This document shows, in pieces, positions 38,101 through 51,182 of a stretch of 64,000 bases of DNA (its first letter is position 1; every line of letters starts with the position of its first letter). A program made the translations under genes and the position numbers. The stretch is from Seison nebaliae (taxonomy: Eukaryota): positions 62,001-126,000 of the forward strand of contig JALJEE010002328.1 in NCBI GenBank assembly GCA_023231475.1. The letters run 5' to 3'. The notes under the pieces are model-generated. The model was not told where the DNA came from, did no database searches, and saw only the letters and a program-made list of their open reading frames with translations.

Positions 38101-41100
38101 GAATTCATTAAGAATTATCTTTTACTTGTGATGAAGGAAGGAACGTAATTTCCTTCCTCTCAACTATACACATCCAACACTCAACTTCCGCCTATCTCTA
38201 TTCTTCACTGACACTGAAGAAATTCTGCCAAAACCTCCAACTTTATCTTTTAATTTTTTTCATTGTTTGTTTCTTTCACATTACTTAATTTTATGATCAT
38301 CCTATTTGGTAGTGAAATTTTAGTTTCACCATTTTTTACTTCTGATTTAGAAATCTATCACATTAATTGTAATATTAAATGATTTTTCCTCCAAAGAATA
38401 AGGGGAGAAAAATCTCATTATTATGACACAATTTCATAAATGAAATAAACGTAATAATAATTGGAAGAAATCAATTGATATTTTTGATCTTCTTTTCTGC
38501 ATGTTTAATGGCGACTTTTATTCCATATAATTAATATACGATGCATTTTACGTATCACCAGCTGTGTCATTTTCCTTTGATATACGTAACATGGTAAATG
38601 AATGATAGGACTATTCATTTCGGACAGATAATTTAATGGAGTGATGATTTATAATCATCGTGAGAATAAAGAAATTAATGATAATCGTGAATGGATGATG
38701 AAAAATGTCGATGAAAACCGCCGATAGCAAATATCTGATTTGAAAGGTTACAATGCTTCTTTTACAAATGAAGAGGCGAATATGGACAATGGTCAATTGA
38801 TACCATATGTCGAATATTTCGACTTCGATAATCCATATGAATGATAATGGATGAACAAAATGGAAGATATACATATTTATTTATCTGAGAATCGGCCAAA
38901 TTTACTATATTCTAATCATTATCAAGAAATAAATAAATAATCTCTTCCAATTTTTCCTTTTCATCACAGACTCGACCATATCAACTGGATCTACTTAGAA
39001 ATGACGAAATTAAAATTTGGAAGATATTTAGTTAGGGATTTAATGAATAGATGCGAATGCAAAGAAGCGTGCTTAATCGAATTAATTCTCAAATTTATAT
39101 TTGTTGACTTTCACAAATTACGAGAAGATAAAGAAATTTTAAAATCAATCTTGATTATTTGCGTGTCAATATGGAATTTGGTGGAACAATCGGATATAAT
39201 AAAGAATTATGAATTGAAAAGATGCATAATGAAAATGAGCAGAAGAAATATATTGAATTGAGAAGGAAAAGCGAAAGTTTTTCGAAGTAAAGTAAACAGA
39301 AAGTAAAATGAAACATATCAGATCCCTATCAGATAACCTAGTTGGAACCAAGGAACATATAGAAAATTAACTCCAATTGATATATAATAAGAGAAATATA
39401 ACCGAACTATTCGGATGGAACGTTTGCGGTGGTGGTAGCATGGAAAACTTCCTTATCAACAACATATTATTTTCGATGGAAGTAAGGAGAAAAGGTAATA
39501 AATTAAAATTTTGTTTTAAAGACTGATGTTTTCTTCTTCATTTCCTAAATTTCTCCAATTTGCATTGATAGATTACGGTGAGGAAGAAGTGCAACAAAAG
39601 AAGACGAACGAAAATATCGACGGTGTAATGCCTTTCACTTCTTATCGTACTCATATAGATTCTACTCATAATTACAACAAATTGTAAAAATGTATCGTTT
39701 ACTTTTTCGTTCTTCTTGACGAACATTAAAAGTCCTTGTACTCTTGAAATGATAGTTTGTCGATGATAATCATTATGACGAATGTGATGTTATGAAGATG
39801 ATAGAGAACCGATGGAAACAGCGCGGACTCATTTTTACTATTAAGTTACTAGTTAATACTGATGAATACGATTATTGTTCATCTACATTCATTTCTTCTG
39901 GCCTTCATTAGCGAACGATTGATTGTGGAGTAATTATGAGATAATATTGAATGGAAAATTTTATTAAATTTTAATATGAAGATATATAATTTAATGATGA
40001 ACACTACCATTATTATCGGTAATTAAAAGAAATGGTAAGTAGAAATTTTTTTGTTACATTATTTTTTCCTGTTCTTCCCAAATTAGATGTCTTAATTAAA
40101 AACTTATTGCAATATGATGTACACATTTAATGTAATTCGTATTCGAATTGAAATGAATGCACACAAGTAAGAATGAAGTTGAGATGGTTGAGAGACATTG
40201 AGAAAAGTGAATATAAGATTGATTTAATAGATCTGGTTGAACTAATAAATAAATAATTTGAGAAAGAATGTGTTAATAAATAAACTGCCTTCTTTTTACG
40301 CAAATGAAAGTGCCGTTTTCCGATATATGTGTAATAATTTCAGTTAAAATACGTCATCGATTATGTTCGTTGTTTAGTGTTCACCATAATTTCAACGGCA
40401 GTCGATCCTTTTCAATTATGATGTTATTATGATTGTGATTAAGGATGAGGTAGAAACAAGAGAACAGGCAGTCAATCAAAGATGTGTCATTTTTTCCGAT
40501 AGACATTTCTTCCCCCGTATCTCATTCTGACGACGTTTCTTCTACTATTTTGATATAATTATAATCGTTATCAAAAAAACATATTAAAGAAATATTTGTT
40601 TTCCCAATTTTTTTAATATCTTGTCATACTATTGAAAGTTGTTTTGTTAATGTTTTATTGGTAAACAGGACAATTCTCATCAAATCATTATGGGAAAAAC
40701 TAATTACAAATAATAAAAAGGGACAAATAATAAAAAAAATTGTTTTTCTCATTTCTTATTATTATCAACAAATTATACTTTTAAGACTGCAAATGAAGAA
40801 AATCATTTTTCCTTGTTCCAAAATATCTGCTGACAATAGTCCGTTTCATAATCTTTTTCACCACAAAAGAACCATTCTTTTATATTCTTCTAGAAAAAGA
40901 ATGGCAAAAATGTCATTGAAAGATATTCGGTCAGCACAATCATTCGGAAGAAAAATCGACCACTCCACCGGAGTGACTCCGGTGGACTTATAGATCTATG
41001 ACGAATGATTTTTCCAGGTTTAATAGAAAAAATGAAAATTCAGCCGAAACCGGAAGACTGTTGAAGAAATTAACATGAGAAAATTTTCAGGGTAAGTAAT

Positions 41101-43836
41101 CGTTTCTAGGATTAAATGAAAAAAGTATTAAACAGAAAACATATGTAGAATTCCATCAATCAAAAGGAAAAAAGAAAAGAAAATGCACATGAATTTACTT
41201 GCACTAATTTATTATTGTTATTTCTAACAATATTATTCTTTCAATCAATTACTTTATCCATTTACTTCAAACTAAACTTTTCTGTCTTTACCATCACTGC
41301 AAAATATAAATTATAGTAACCATATTTTCTTCTTTTTCTAAAGAACTAATTCTCCTCCTATTCCTTCTACTCTCAATTCTAACTAACTGAATCTGAGTGA
41401 TGTGTTGATTCATTTCTATCACACGTCATGACCTTCTTTCCTTCAACTTCGACTTATTTCCTATTTGTCAAATTTCCAATCGGTAACTCATCACTTCGAT
41501 CCGTAATGTTTATGTTATGAGTTGGCAGTCCAAATGCATTTTATTGATATTTCTCATTATGATTTGTTAGTTTCCTGACAGATTTTTCTCTTCGACAAAA
41601 AACTTCAGCATGGACAATAATTTGAAGGTCACTTTTTGTCTTAACCTTCTAATAAGTTTCTATAATTTCATATCATTTCCTACTTAAAAAATTACATTCT
41701 ACATTAACATGATGATCATTCTCGTTCAGAATAAATCAGCAAATTTTTACAAATTCATAATTCTTGTTGTCCCAAGTATATGTTGTGAATGAATATTATC
41801 ATTCGGGGAAATTTGTGGAATCAACTCTTACATCATATGTTTGATTACGTTGGTTCACAGAAAGTTTTATTATTATATCTGACAGAAAAGAACACCAGGA
41901 AAAATAAAGAGAACGAAATAGAAACTAAAAGACAAATATCTCGAATAGTTCCATTAAATGATTGTTGTTGTATAAAGCTCAAAAGAACGAAAGAATTTAC
42001 TCATTTGCAATTCAAACTTTCTTCAAGGATCATTTCATAATTGAACAGTCTTTTTTAACAGTTATAATTCGGAAGAGAAATTGTTAGAGAATCTGAATAA
42101 ATTTATGTAATTCTTTCCATTTCACAACTGAATCTTACAACCAGTTTACTTTCCTATTTATTTCCTTCATCCTATTCTATTGACAATCGCGGCGATGATA
42201 GATTCAGCGGATAATTTCAAGTTGAGCAATCAACATAAAATTAAACCGAAATATATATGCCATTCAAGGACATTCTACCTAATTACTCAATTTTCTTATA
42301 CAAATAACTGTTGTACGAGACGGAAAATGTTGTCACCTTTCTTGACTTATTCTTCTTATATTATTTCTAACAATTTTCACTTCCATTTTACTTCCGGAAA
42401 ACACGCAATTCCGCAGCAAATTAATAAAAAGTTGTACTAACATTCAATGGGGAATCCATGATTAGAATACATGATGATGTTGCAGATGATGATGGTAGAA
42501 TTGACATCGATTGGAGTTGAGGTTCAACTGTCGACTGAAATTTCGGTTCGCTATTATCTTGTAATTGTGGTCGACAATTGTGGTTGAGATCTTCTTGAAA
42601 AGAATATCGATTATCGAACGGCCAAGCCAATTGATGTTCTTGAATCATAATTTAAAATGAAATGAAATCTTGAAATATATTCTGATGATTTTTCGAAAGT
42701 GTAGATATAGTAGGATTGTGTTTATGGGATAAAATGAGATTAGTTGAATGAAATGATTGAATATCGAAAGATAAGAATCTAAATAGAAGTTGCGTTCTCA
42801 ACTTATTATTCGTTTGATCTGAGATATTAGCAGTCGATCGATAAAGACAAAGTGAAAAGAAATGGATTTAAATTAGACGAATTAGACAAAAGAACAATAT
42901 CTCAATCAAAAAATTGCCGCTTATGATAATTCAATAAACTTTCAACTAGTTTAATTCACTTTAAGTGGAATGTCGTAAACGTTAAAATGAGCGAATCGAA
43001 AACAATAAATGTGTCGACGAATGTCAATAGTAAATTTCCATAATTCGCGTGCCGATGATTATTTCAGTGAACTGTGCTACAGTTAATATGGTGTTCATAT
43101 GTAAATTGATGATGAGCAGACATTTATACAAACACGCATCAACAGGAAATGGAACGAATAGTAATACCGTGGTAATATCGATGAAGATAGCGGAAGACAT
43201 TGCGAGAAAAAGAAAACATCAAATAAATGCGGTCTGATCTCACAACATAAATATTTCACAAGGTAAAATTGTCAGTGATTGTTGTTAAATCGAGAAAAAA
43301 TGAATTATTTCTCACTTCCTGTATCTCTTCAATTTCTGGTTCGATATTCTATTGAACATAATCATTATCAATTAACGTAAATGTAAGGAAAGAATACCTC
43401 AAGAAGAATATGGCCAATAGTAACATTAAATCCACAAAATGAATATTTAATTTCTTTTCTTATCACCTCTCTACTTCGAATTCTTACCGTTAATATGAGA
43501 ACATTCCTCAATCATTTTTTCATTATGTCCATCATATCATCAAGTGGAAGAATAAGAGAAGGGAAAATAAGATGATGTGAATATATTTAATTGAAGACGA
43601 TAAAAATTGAGGAGAGAAGCGACTTATTTCATAATTAACATCGTCATCACAAACAACTTGAGAAGATAATTTCATTAAATTAAATTTAATTTATTTAGTG
43701 AAACATATCTCGAATAAAAATAAAATTTTCTTTTTCTCACTGTTTCACCAATAGTCAATTTGTAATGGGAAGAAATCATCGTATAAAGTAGAAGGATGGA
43801 CATCGAAACGATGAGTTTGAAAGTAGAAGTTGAATA

Positions 43837-46800
43837 TTAATGAGAATTTAATAATTTTTTACACCTTTCCAAAATGTGAGAACGAAAGTGTGGAGAAGTT
43901 GAATTGATTGAATGGAGTACCACATTAATTAGCGGACTAATCAACTTGAATGCACCCACTTTTAAAGTGAGATCGAAAATATCAATAAATAAACGTAACG
44001 ATAATGAAGTTGATGAAGTTGATTTGGAGAATTGGAGAAGATTCTCTTTCACATATTTTATGAAATCATCTCGAACCTTCTTATCATTCATACAGTTATC
44101 CATCATTAGACGATAGAGTGATTCATTAATCGATTTTAAGAATCGGTAGTGATCCTTCTGATAACGTACCAATCGATGACGTTCATCCTTATCTCTCATC
44201 TCATCGTCATCGAACATTTCGATATCTAATAATTCATAAATTTTTTCATTTTTTTTTAATTCAATTTCTTCTTCTTTCTCAATTTCACAAATCTTTTCTT
44301 CGCTATCGGGAAACATATCAACTTCCGTTATTCTAATGTCATCGTCACTCTTCGAATCGTCTTCAATAGAATCAGTATCAACAGTTAAAATTGATGAGGT
44401 TGTCTCTTCTCCATCAGAATTTTGATTAGACGATTCAATAATTATTTGTTCTTCCATAACAATCTGTTTTGAAGGTATTCCATTGGAATTGGAAGGAAAT
44501 GATTCGTCTGATGATTTTCTCTTTCTATCATTAATATCATCATTACTTTCGTCCTGTTCCACATTATTCTTATTATTCCAATAAGATGGTGAAAATAAAT
44601 CGGAGTAAATTGAATCTTTTGTCATCTCATAATTTTCTGACGTTCTATTCTTCCATCGATTGATTTGTGCAGTTTTGATGAGATTTCTTGAACGATTAAT
44701 CCGATTTTGATGTCGTAATTTCGATTGAAGAATAATATTCTTTCCTGATTGTTGAGAATTGGAATCAGTTGAATTCGTTTCTTCTAAATTATCTGCAGAA
44801 GTATTAGGTGACTCTTCTGAATTGGTGGAATCATCGGACACGTTGTCCATCTCATCTGTCATCATTGCTTTGTTGAGTTTGAATGGATTTCCAAATGTAT
44901 GAATACGTTCTGGAACTGGTTCGATTGTCCTCAATGGAGCAACTTTGGCTTTCATATGAATCTGATAATTGCCCATTTGATCTTCTGGGCAATGATGAAC
45001 GATATCTCCGAGAATACAATCGAATCTCAAATTCCAATTCATAATATTATCTCTTAATTCATCAGTAATTTGTGAAAGTTCTTCTCGTTTGACGAAGGAT
45101 ATGTTAAGAAATTTCGATGAATAATTTGGAATATTTAAATCATTAAATGAAATTTCCATTGGAATTAACATTTCTTTCCCCTCCTTTGTCACATCCTCAT
45201 CATCATTATCATCATCATCATCTGAGAATGATGATGAAGGAAGAGAAGTATTCCCCATAAAATGAGGAATTCTTTTTTCAAATATTTTGAAATTATCCAA
45301 CAACATTTTCGCATGAGCAGAACTCTTCTTCAAATGTCTCTCCAACATGAGAACGGTGGGATGTCTCGTTGGAAATTCTTGGAGTAGTTGGTCATATGTC
45401 AATTTGGGTAAGATGCGTCTCAAATAATAAATATAATATTGAGGCATTGTTTTACAAAGATATTGTTCTAAATCATTCATAAATTTCTTATCTTGTCGAT
45501 ATGTTCGATAGAGGAGTAATCGTTCATACATTGGAGCGAATGTGGGATAATCATATGCTCCAACGAACAACGTTAAAGATTTCATTGATTTCCGATTGAA
45601 AACGATATAACCGAATGGACGATCATCTCCATCAACTCCACTTCCTTTCATAAAAACGAATTTTGTTTTTTGATAGAGATCATTTGAGAACTTCTTTCCA
45701 TTCTTCACTGTCAATTCATATTCATCGAAAGGTAGAGAATATGAAGTGAATTCAAAAGTATTTTTGACTTCATTACCATTCATTCCAGTTGGTACTTGAC
45801 CAACATTGTTCATTCCAGGGAACACTAGACAATCATGTTCATTATCAATCGTTAATATTGGATGAGAATTTCGAGCATTCTATATAGCAGATAGATGGAA
45901 ATTAATTGAAAATAAAAGAAAATTAACAAATTCTTCTAAAGCCGAATGGAGCCAATATGGTTCGGGGAAGCACCAATTGGCAATTTTCTTGTCATAACTA
46001 ATGGAAACTTGATATTTATCAGATTCGCTTTCTATTATCGCACTAAGTTGTTGTTCGTATCGACCTAATATTTCCACCGTCGACATCATTTCTTGTCGAT
46101 CATTAATACGGAAACATTCTCCTCCTGTCAATTCAGCAAACTGTTCAATTGCCGTTCCTTCCATCACTGAATGAAATAGATAAATGAATATTATACTCTT
46201 CCAAATGATTATAACTGTCGAGCAATGAATTTGAAATGGCACTCGTTCGAAATTTAACAACGAACAATTGTTGATCCCATCGAAAAATTTCGTCGTATAA
46301 TTCAGATCCAGGAACTTGACTAAATATTGAATCTTTCAACTAAAAACAGAATGAAAAAGAAAAATTCTATAAAGACAAACATTTTCTCCAATCTCTTCTT
46401 TCGATCGACGTTCACGACCATCTGTCAAAAAGATGATCATTGACCATTCAGTATATTGTGAGAAGAAACCCTGAAAGAGAATAAGGAAAAAAAGAAAGAA
46501 AGAAAAAAGGAACATATCCGAATGTGTCAACTCTTGTAGATAGACGATAAATGTTGAGCATATTAAACGCTTGTTTGATGGCATCGTCACCGTCAGATAG
46601 TGAGTCGGCTGACATCATTTTCAATTCGTGATTGAATTGAATTAAATTCTCCTTCCAACCAACTCGGATGTTATGTGGCGGATCACCAGTTGTGAACAAC
46701 ATATATCTGTCATGCTTCATATTACCTTCACGACAACGAAACTTTACGAATAATTCTATCCAACACCTCGTCAAATCGAAGTTCGACATTCCAAATTCTG

Positions 46801-46852
46801 TCATTTGGTTCATCGATATCGATGTATCAACAACGAATATTACCACTGTCAT
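43837..46852 (-). CDS. INTS6: Integrator complex subunit 6 (VWA domain), 5 exons
   Basis: N-terminus VIFVVDTSISMNQ..DRYMLFT..VGWKEN..FNHELK, then IIFLTDG, PGSELYDEIFRWDQQLF, TGG, WCFPEPYW, RNSHP, LPFDEYEL, PFGY, HTFGNPFKL. Intron donors at 46513, 46380, 46215 and 45927. Confidence 0.93.
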
Positions 46853-47416
46853 CTTTATGACAATTCTTCCTCAATTTTCATTTAATATCCCCCAATTTTT
46901 TTCAACGATCCCTTCGAGAATCCCATAATTTAATTTTTGGAAGATAATGGAAAAGCCGAAAAATTTGAAAAATAAAAAATTGAAAAGAATTTTGAGAACT
47001 TTACTGAAATGATTATGAGAAATTTAACAAAAAGTTAAAAGTTTTTCCGGATTATATTTACGGATTATTCATATAACTTACAAAAAAGAATTTTTTAATT
47101 TTTTTCTCAAATAAATTAATTTACTTCTTTCTTGACAATCATTTATTCTAACAAATTGTAAGATTAAAAAAATAAATGAAATTAGAAGAAATAAGTGAAC
47201 ATTTTTACTTGAAAATAAGACTAGTTTGAAAACGAAATAGCATTTTCTAACGTTCCATATATTTTTTTCATTTGAAATGTTTCGTTTATTTCGTAAGCTG
47301 AGAATTAACTCTCTTTCAAACTGAAATCATATGATATATTGTCAGCAAATTTTTAAACTGTTGATTCTATTTTGAGAAATTGATTTCTACTCTCTTAACC
47401 TCTAGTGAAATTGAAG

Positions 47417-48178
47417 ATGGATAAATTGGAAAAGTTGAAGGTTGACATGACGCTGACCAATTTAGCGGAACAATTTGTTTGTGTGTTTGACGATTATGAA
47501 ATTCCTACTCTCATGGAATTCTTCAAAATACCTCAACCAAAAATCAAGATGCTCTTCTGTCATTCAAAATGGAAAACGTTGATCAGTTCCTCAATTAAAC
47601 ATTTTCGAGAGGAATTTCTTCTAAAAGATTTCGAAAAGGATTTCGATGGAACGAATTTATTTGTCGCATTTTTCGTAACGAACGTCGAATTGTTGGAATT
47701 GTTAAGGAAATATGCCATCCATTTTTCCAATTGTCAAGTTTCTATTTTCACCAACAAACTGAGCAATCTATTGAAATTATTAACAAATTTCCCATTCATT
47801 AATCATATCGAATGTAACGACTTTGTTAGTGGAAATACGACGTTCGAAGAAGTTCCTCAAGCAATAAAAGTGATGAAAAGAAGTTATGCAGAAATTGCAC
47901 AATCAAACCAAGAAGTCAGTTCAACAACAAATACAATTCGAAAATTAACAGAAAATAATTTGATTATTGAGAAACGTTATAGAGTTCCCGAAAGAACAAT
48001 CCGTTGTGGTCCATTGGAAAGGATGTGTGAGAACAATATTTATTTAGTGAGAGAATGTGAAAGAAAGCGAGTGGAAGAAGTGCCAGAAAGGAAATTAAAT
48101 ATCGTCTTCTTTCGGACGGAAGAAGATTGCGAGTACTTCCTTAATCTACCGTTCAAACAGATAATCAGCTTACAATAA
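47417..48178 (+). CDS. Hypothetical protein (~253 aa), single exon, divergent from INTS6
   Basis: Long ORF with globular-type composition, first ATG at 47417. Head-to-head with INTS6 (~560 bp apart). No family recognised. Confidence 0.65.
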   Translation: MDKLEKLKVDMTLTNLAEQFVCVFDDYEIPTLMEFFKIPQPKIKMLFCHSKWKTLISSSIKHFREEFLLKDFEKDFDGTNLFVAFFVTNVELLELLRKYAIHFSNCQVSIFTNKLSNLLKLLTNFPFINHIECNDFVSGNTTFEEVPQAIKVMKRSYAEIAQSNQEVSSTTNTIRKLTENNLIIEKRYRVPERTIRCGPLERMCENNIYLVRECERKRVEEVPERKLNIVFFRTEEDCEYFLNLPFKQIISLQ

Positions 48179-50708
48179 TTTCTGGAAATCTTCAAATGAA
48201 ATATTCGATGATTTTTTCTTTAAAATAAAATTTTTATTCAATTCAAAAAATGAGAAACAATTACTAACAATTACAGTTGGTGGAGGGATGACAATGTTTT
48301 GTTGCTTTCGAGAAATAATTTCCTTTTTATTTATAAACTTCTTCACATCCACATTCTCTTCATGTATCGTTTTTGCATTGATAAAACTTTTTAAAGATGT
48401 ATATTCCTTTAAAAGAGAAATTGAATCATAATTCAATTTAGTCAGCCAAATTAATAACCTTATTCAATTCGATTAATCTTCTGATATCAATTGTCATCAT
48501 ATCGATTCTTTCTTTTAATAAATTATTATTCTTCTCCAATTGACTATAAAACAGAAATAAAAATTGTTAATTATAAATGTTAATTATAAATCTTGTTAAT
48601 ATATATTAATGTATGTTAATAAAATAAAATATCTTTCTATTATTTTCTTACAATTATAATATTAATTAAAACAATATCATATTTTGTGACAAGATCAAAA
48701 GAGAAATTGTGTTGAAATTCCGTAGAGAATAACTTCAGAAAAAACATTAACCGCTTATCTTCCATTAATTGTCGAACAATTGAATCATGTTGAGAAATTA
48801 TTTCATCTTTTCCTTTAACTGTAGCTATCAAATAATCATATGGTTGTCTTGCTCGATCTAATATTCCATTAGCCGTTTCCAATTGCTTATCAACTTCACA
48901 ATGTTTTCTCTTTTCTCGTTCTAATTCTTTAGATGTCTCCGTATTCATTTTCTCCAAACTTAAAATTCTTCTTTGCATTTGCAGTTGTCGAAAGAGTAAC
49001 GCCTTCGATCCGACAGGTAATGCCATTCCTTGTGGAAGAAATAGAAGATACAATGAAAGTAAAATAAATATTCAAATTTTAACCATTTCCATATTGGGAT
49101 AAAAGGGCTTCAGCTGATGTCGTTGACGGTTGTTCTGCTGCTTGCATTAAAACGGCTTCCAATTCTGTTTGTAATTTTTCCGTTTCGCTTACCTGTTTCC
49201 TCAACATTTCGATTTCGATATCATATTTCGATTGTAACCGTTCTTTACTTACCTCCATCTTTGCATATTCCACTCGCAATAATTGAAGTTGTTCCATCAA
49301 TTTATCTTGTTCGACTAACGATCTCTTCTTTTCTCGAATCGCTTCTTCTGCAATGAGACTACTTCGTTCATTCTCGAAATCTTTCATTTTCGTTTCTGTT
49401 TCCAATTTCGATAATTTCTCTTCTCGATTCGTTATTAATTGTTGGAGGTTCTGTTGTAATTCATCAGCACGATCACGTTCCTTCTTCTCTTGAATTCGTG
49501 CTACTGAAGCATCAGTTGATACTCTATCCATCGCTGTTCGTAATAATTCTAGTTCTCTCTCATGTGTCTCTCTCGCATTTTCAGATAATCGTCGAATTTC
49601 TATCTCAGTTTGAGATCGTAACTCTTGTAATTGTTGATTTAATCGTTGCTCATATTCCACTCTCAATGAATCACGTCCATCCATATTCCTTTCGATTAAT
49701 AAATCTTTTTGTCTCCTCATTTCATCAATCTCATTTTGTGCCGACAATTGCTTATGTTCCAGTTGGTCATATTTCATTTTGAACTCAATTAATCTTTTCT
49801 CTATTTCAACTTTCTCTTGTTTCAATAAACTATTTTGTTGACAGATGTTAACATAGTCATTCTTCAATCTTTCCTTATCATCAGTGGTCGTCTGCTTCAC
49901 ATCAGAAAGTAAATCGAATTGCTTTTCCTTCTCGTTAATCTCCTTCTTCAACGATTCATTTTCTAATGAAATTCGAATCATATCTCTATTTTGTTCTTGT
50001 AATAACTCCTTCTCCTTCTCAACTAAACTTAATCGATTCTCCAATTTTTCTACTTCCTCCTCCAATAAACGACGGTCGTCGTCCAATTTGACACTTTCAC
50101 CAGATTGTAACATGTAAACCATTCGTTCTAATCTCGAAATTTCTTGTTCCATATCAAATTTTTCTTTCTTCATTTTCTCCAAATATCCTTCATTCTTCCA
50201 TCGCTTCTCATATAAACGATACTGTAAAAATGAGATTAAATGAAAGTTGACAAAGAATAAAATTCGAATAAACTTCTAATAATTCGACAATTGACAAATT
50301 CTCATTTCTTTCATATTTACCTTCTAATATCTCTCCTCTAACATCATTCTCATGTAAATGAGAATCATTCAACATTTTTGTGAAAATATCGATATTTGAT
50401 CTCATTTCCAAATTATTCGATTCTAGATCTCTCTGTTTCTCCAATAGCGCCTTTAACTCTATTCTCACATTTTCCGCTCCATTTTTTGAATTATTTTTCA
50501 TTTGTTGATAAATCAATTGGAGATTAGTACATTTTTCTTTCTCTCGCTTTAATTGACTTCGAACATTGTTAATCACTCTATTCTTTTCTTTAATAATATC
50601 CAGATGACCCGAATTCTTATCCTCCACATTATTCTTCTTCCCTTCTAACGCTCTTTCTATCTCTCCGAAAGATAATATGGAGGTGAAAGAACTTTCATTG
50701 TCAGACAT
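48170..50708 (-). CDS. PIBF1: PIBF1/CEP90 centriolar coiled-coil protein, 5-6 exons
   Basis: Long coiled coil with C-terminal motifs VLMQAAE..LLSQYG, QMQRRILSLEKMN, LETANGILDRARQPYDYLIATVKGKD, matching PIBF1 (QAAE..[39 protein letters not shown]). Donors at 50273, 49083, 48751 and 48458, plus a possible in-frame intron 48218-48268. Confidence 0.85.
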
Positions 50709-51182
50709 TCTTAGAATGTTTCCCTAGTAACATTCATTTAAATTTGTTTGATGGGAGAATAAATATATCTTCTAAAAATACCAAATAAAATTAAGTTGAA
50801 GTTTAAAATTTTGGTCTAAATGAAAAATTTATTTGTAACTTTATTTTACTATTCTTCTTTTTTAGCTTCGTAAAATGGATTTCACTTTTTAATAATATTT
50901 ATTTTAACAGACTTAAAGTTATATAAAATTATAAGATGATATAATTCCTTTTAAAATTATAAGAAAATATTTAAGAACAATTGAACTCTCGTAGTTAAAC
51001 CAAAAATTAAATTGTTAATGAAATGAAATCAATATTTATTTGGAAAAACGATTATTTTTTCTTATCTGACCAATGTGTTTTGTTCGCTTGACTAAATAAC
51101 TTACTTACATGACGTATATAAAATAATATATAACTACATAATAAAAAAAAAGTTAAATGTATGTCACTGAAGTTCTGGTGAA

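Noticed and set aside
40901..40954. MAKMSLKDIRSAQSFGRK resembles the RPS16 N-terminus (SVQVFGRK)
   Set aside because: Similarity is short, no donor site follows, and no downstream RPS16 exons were found; at best a fragment.
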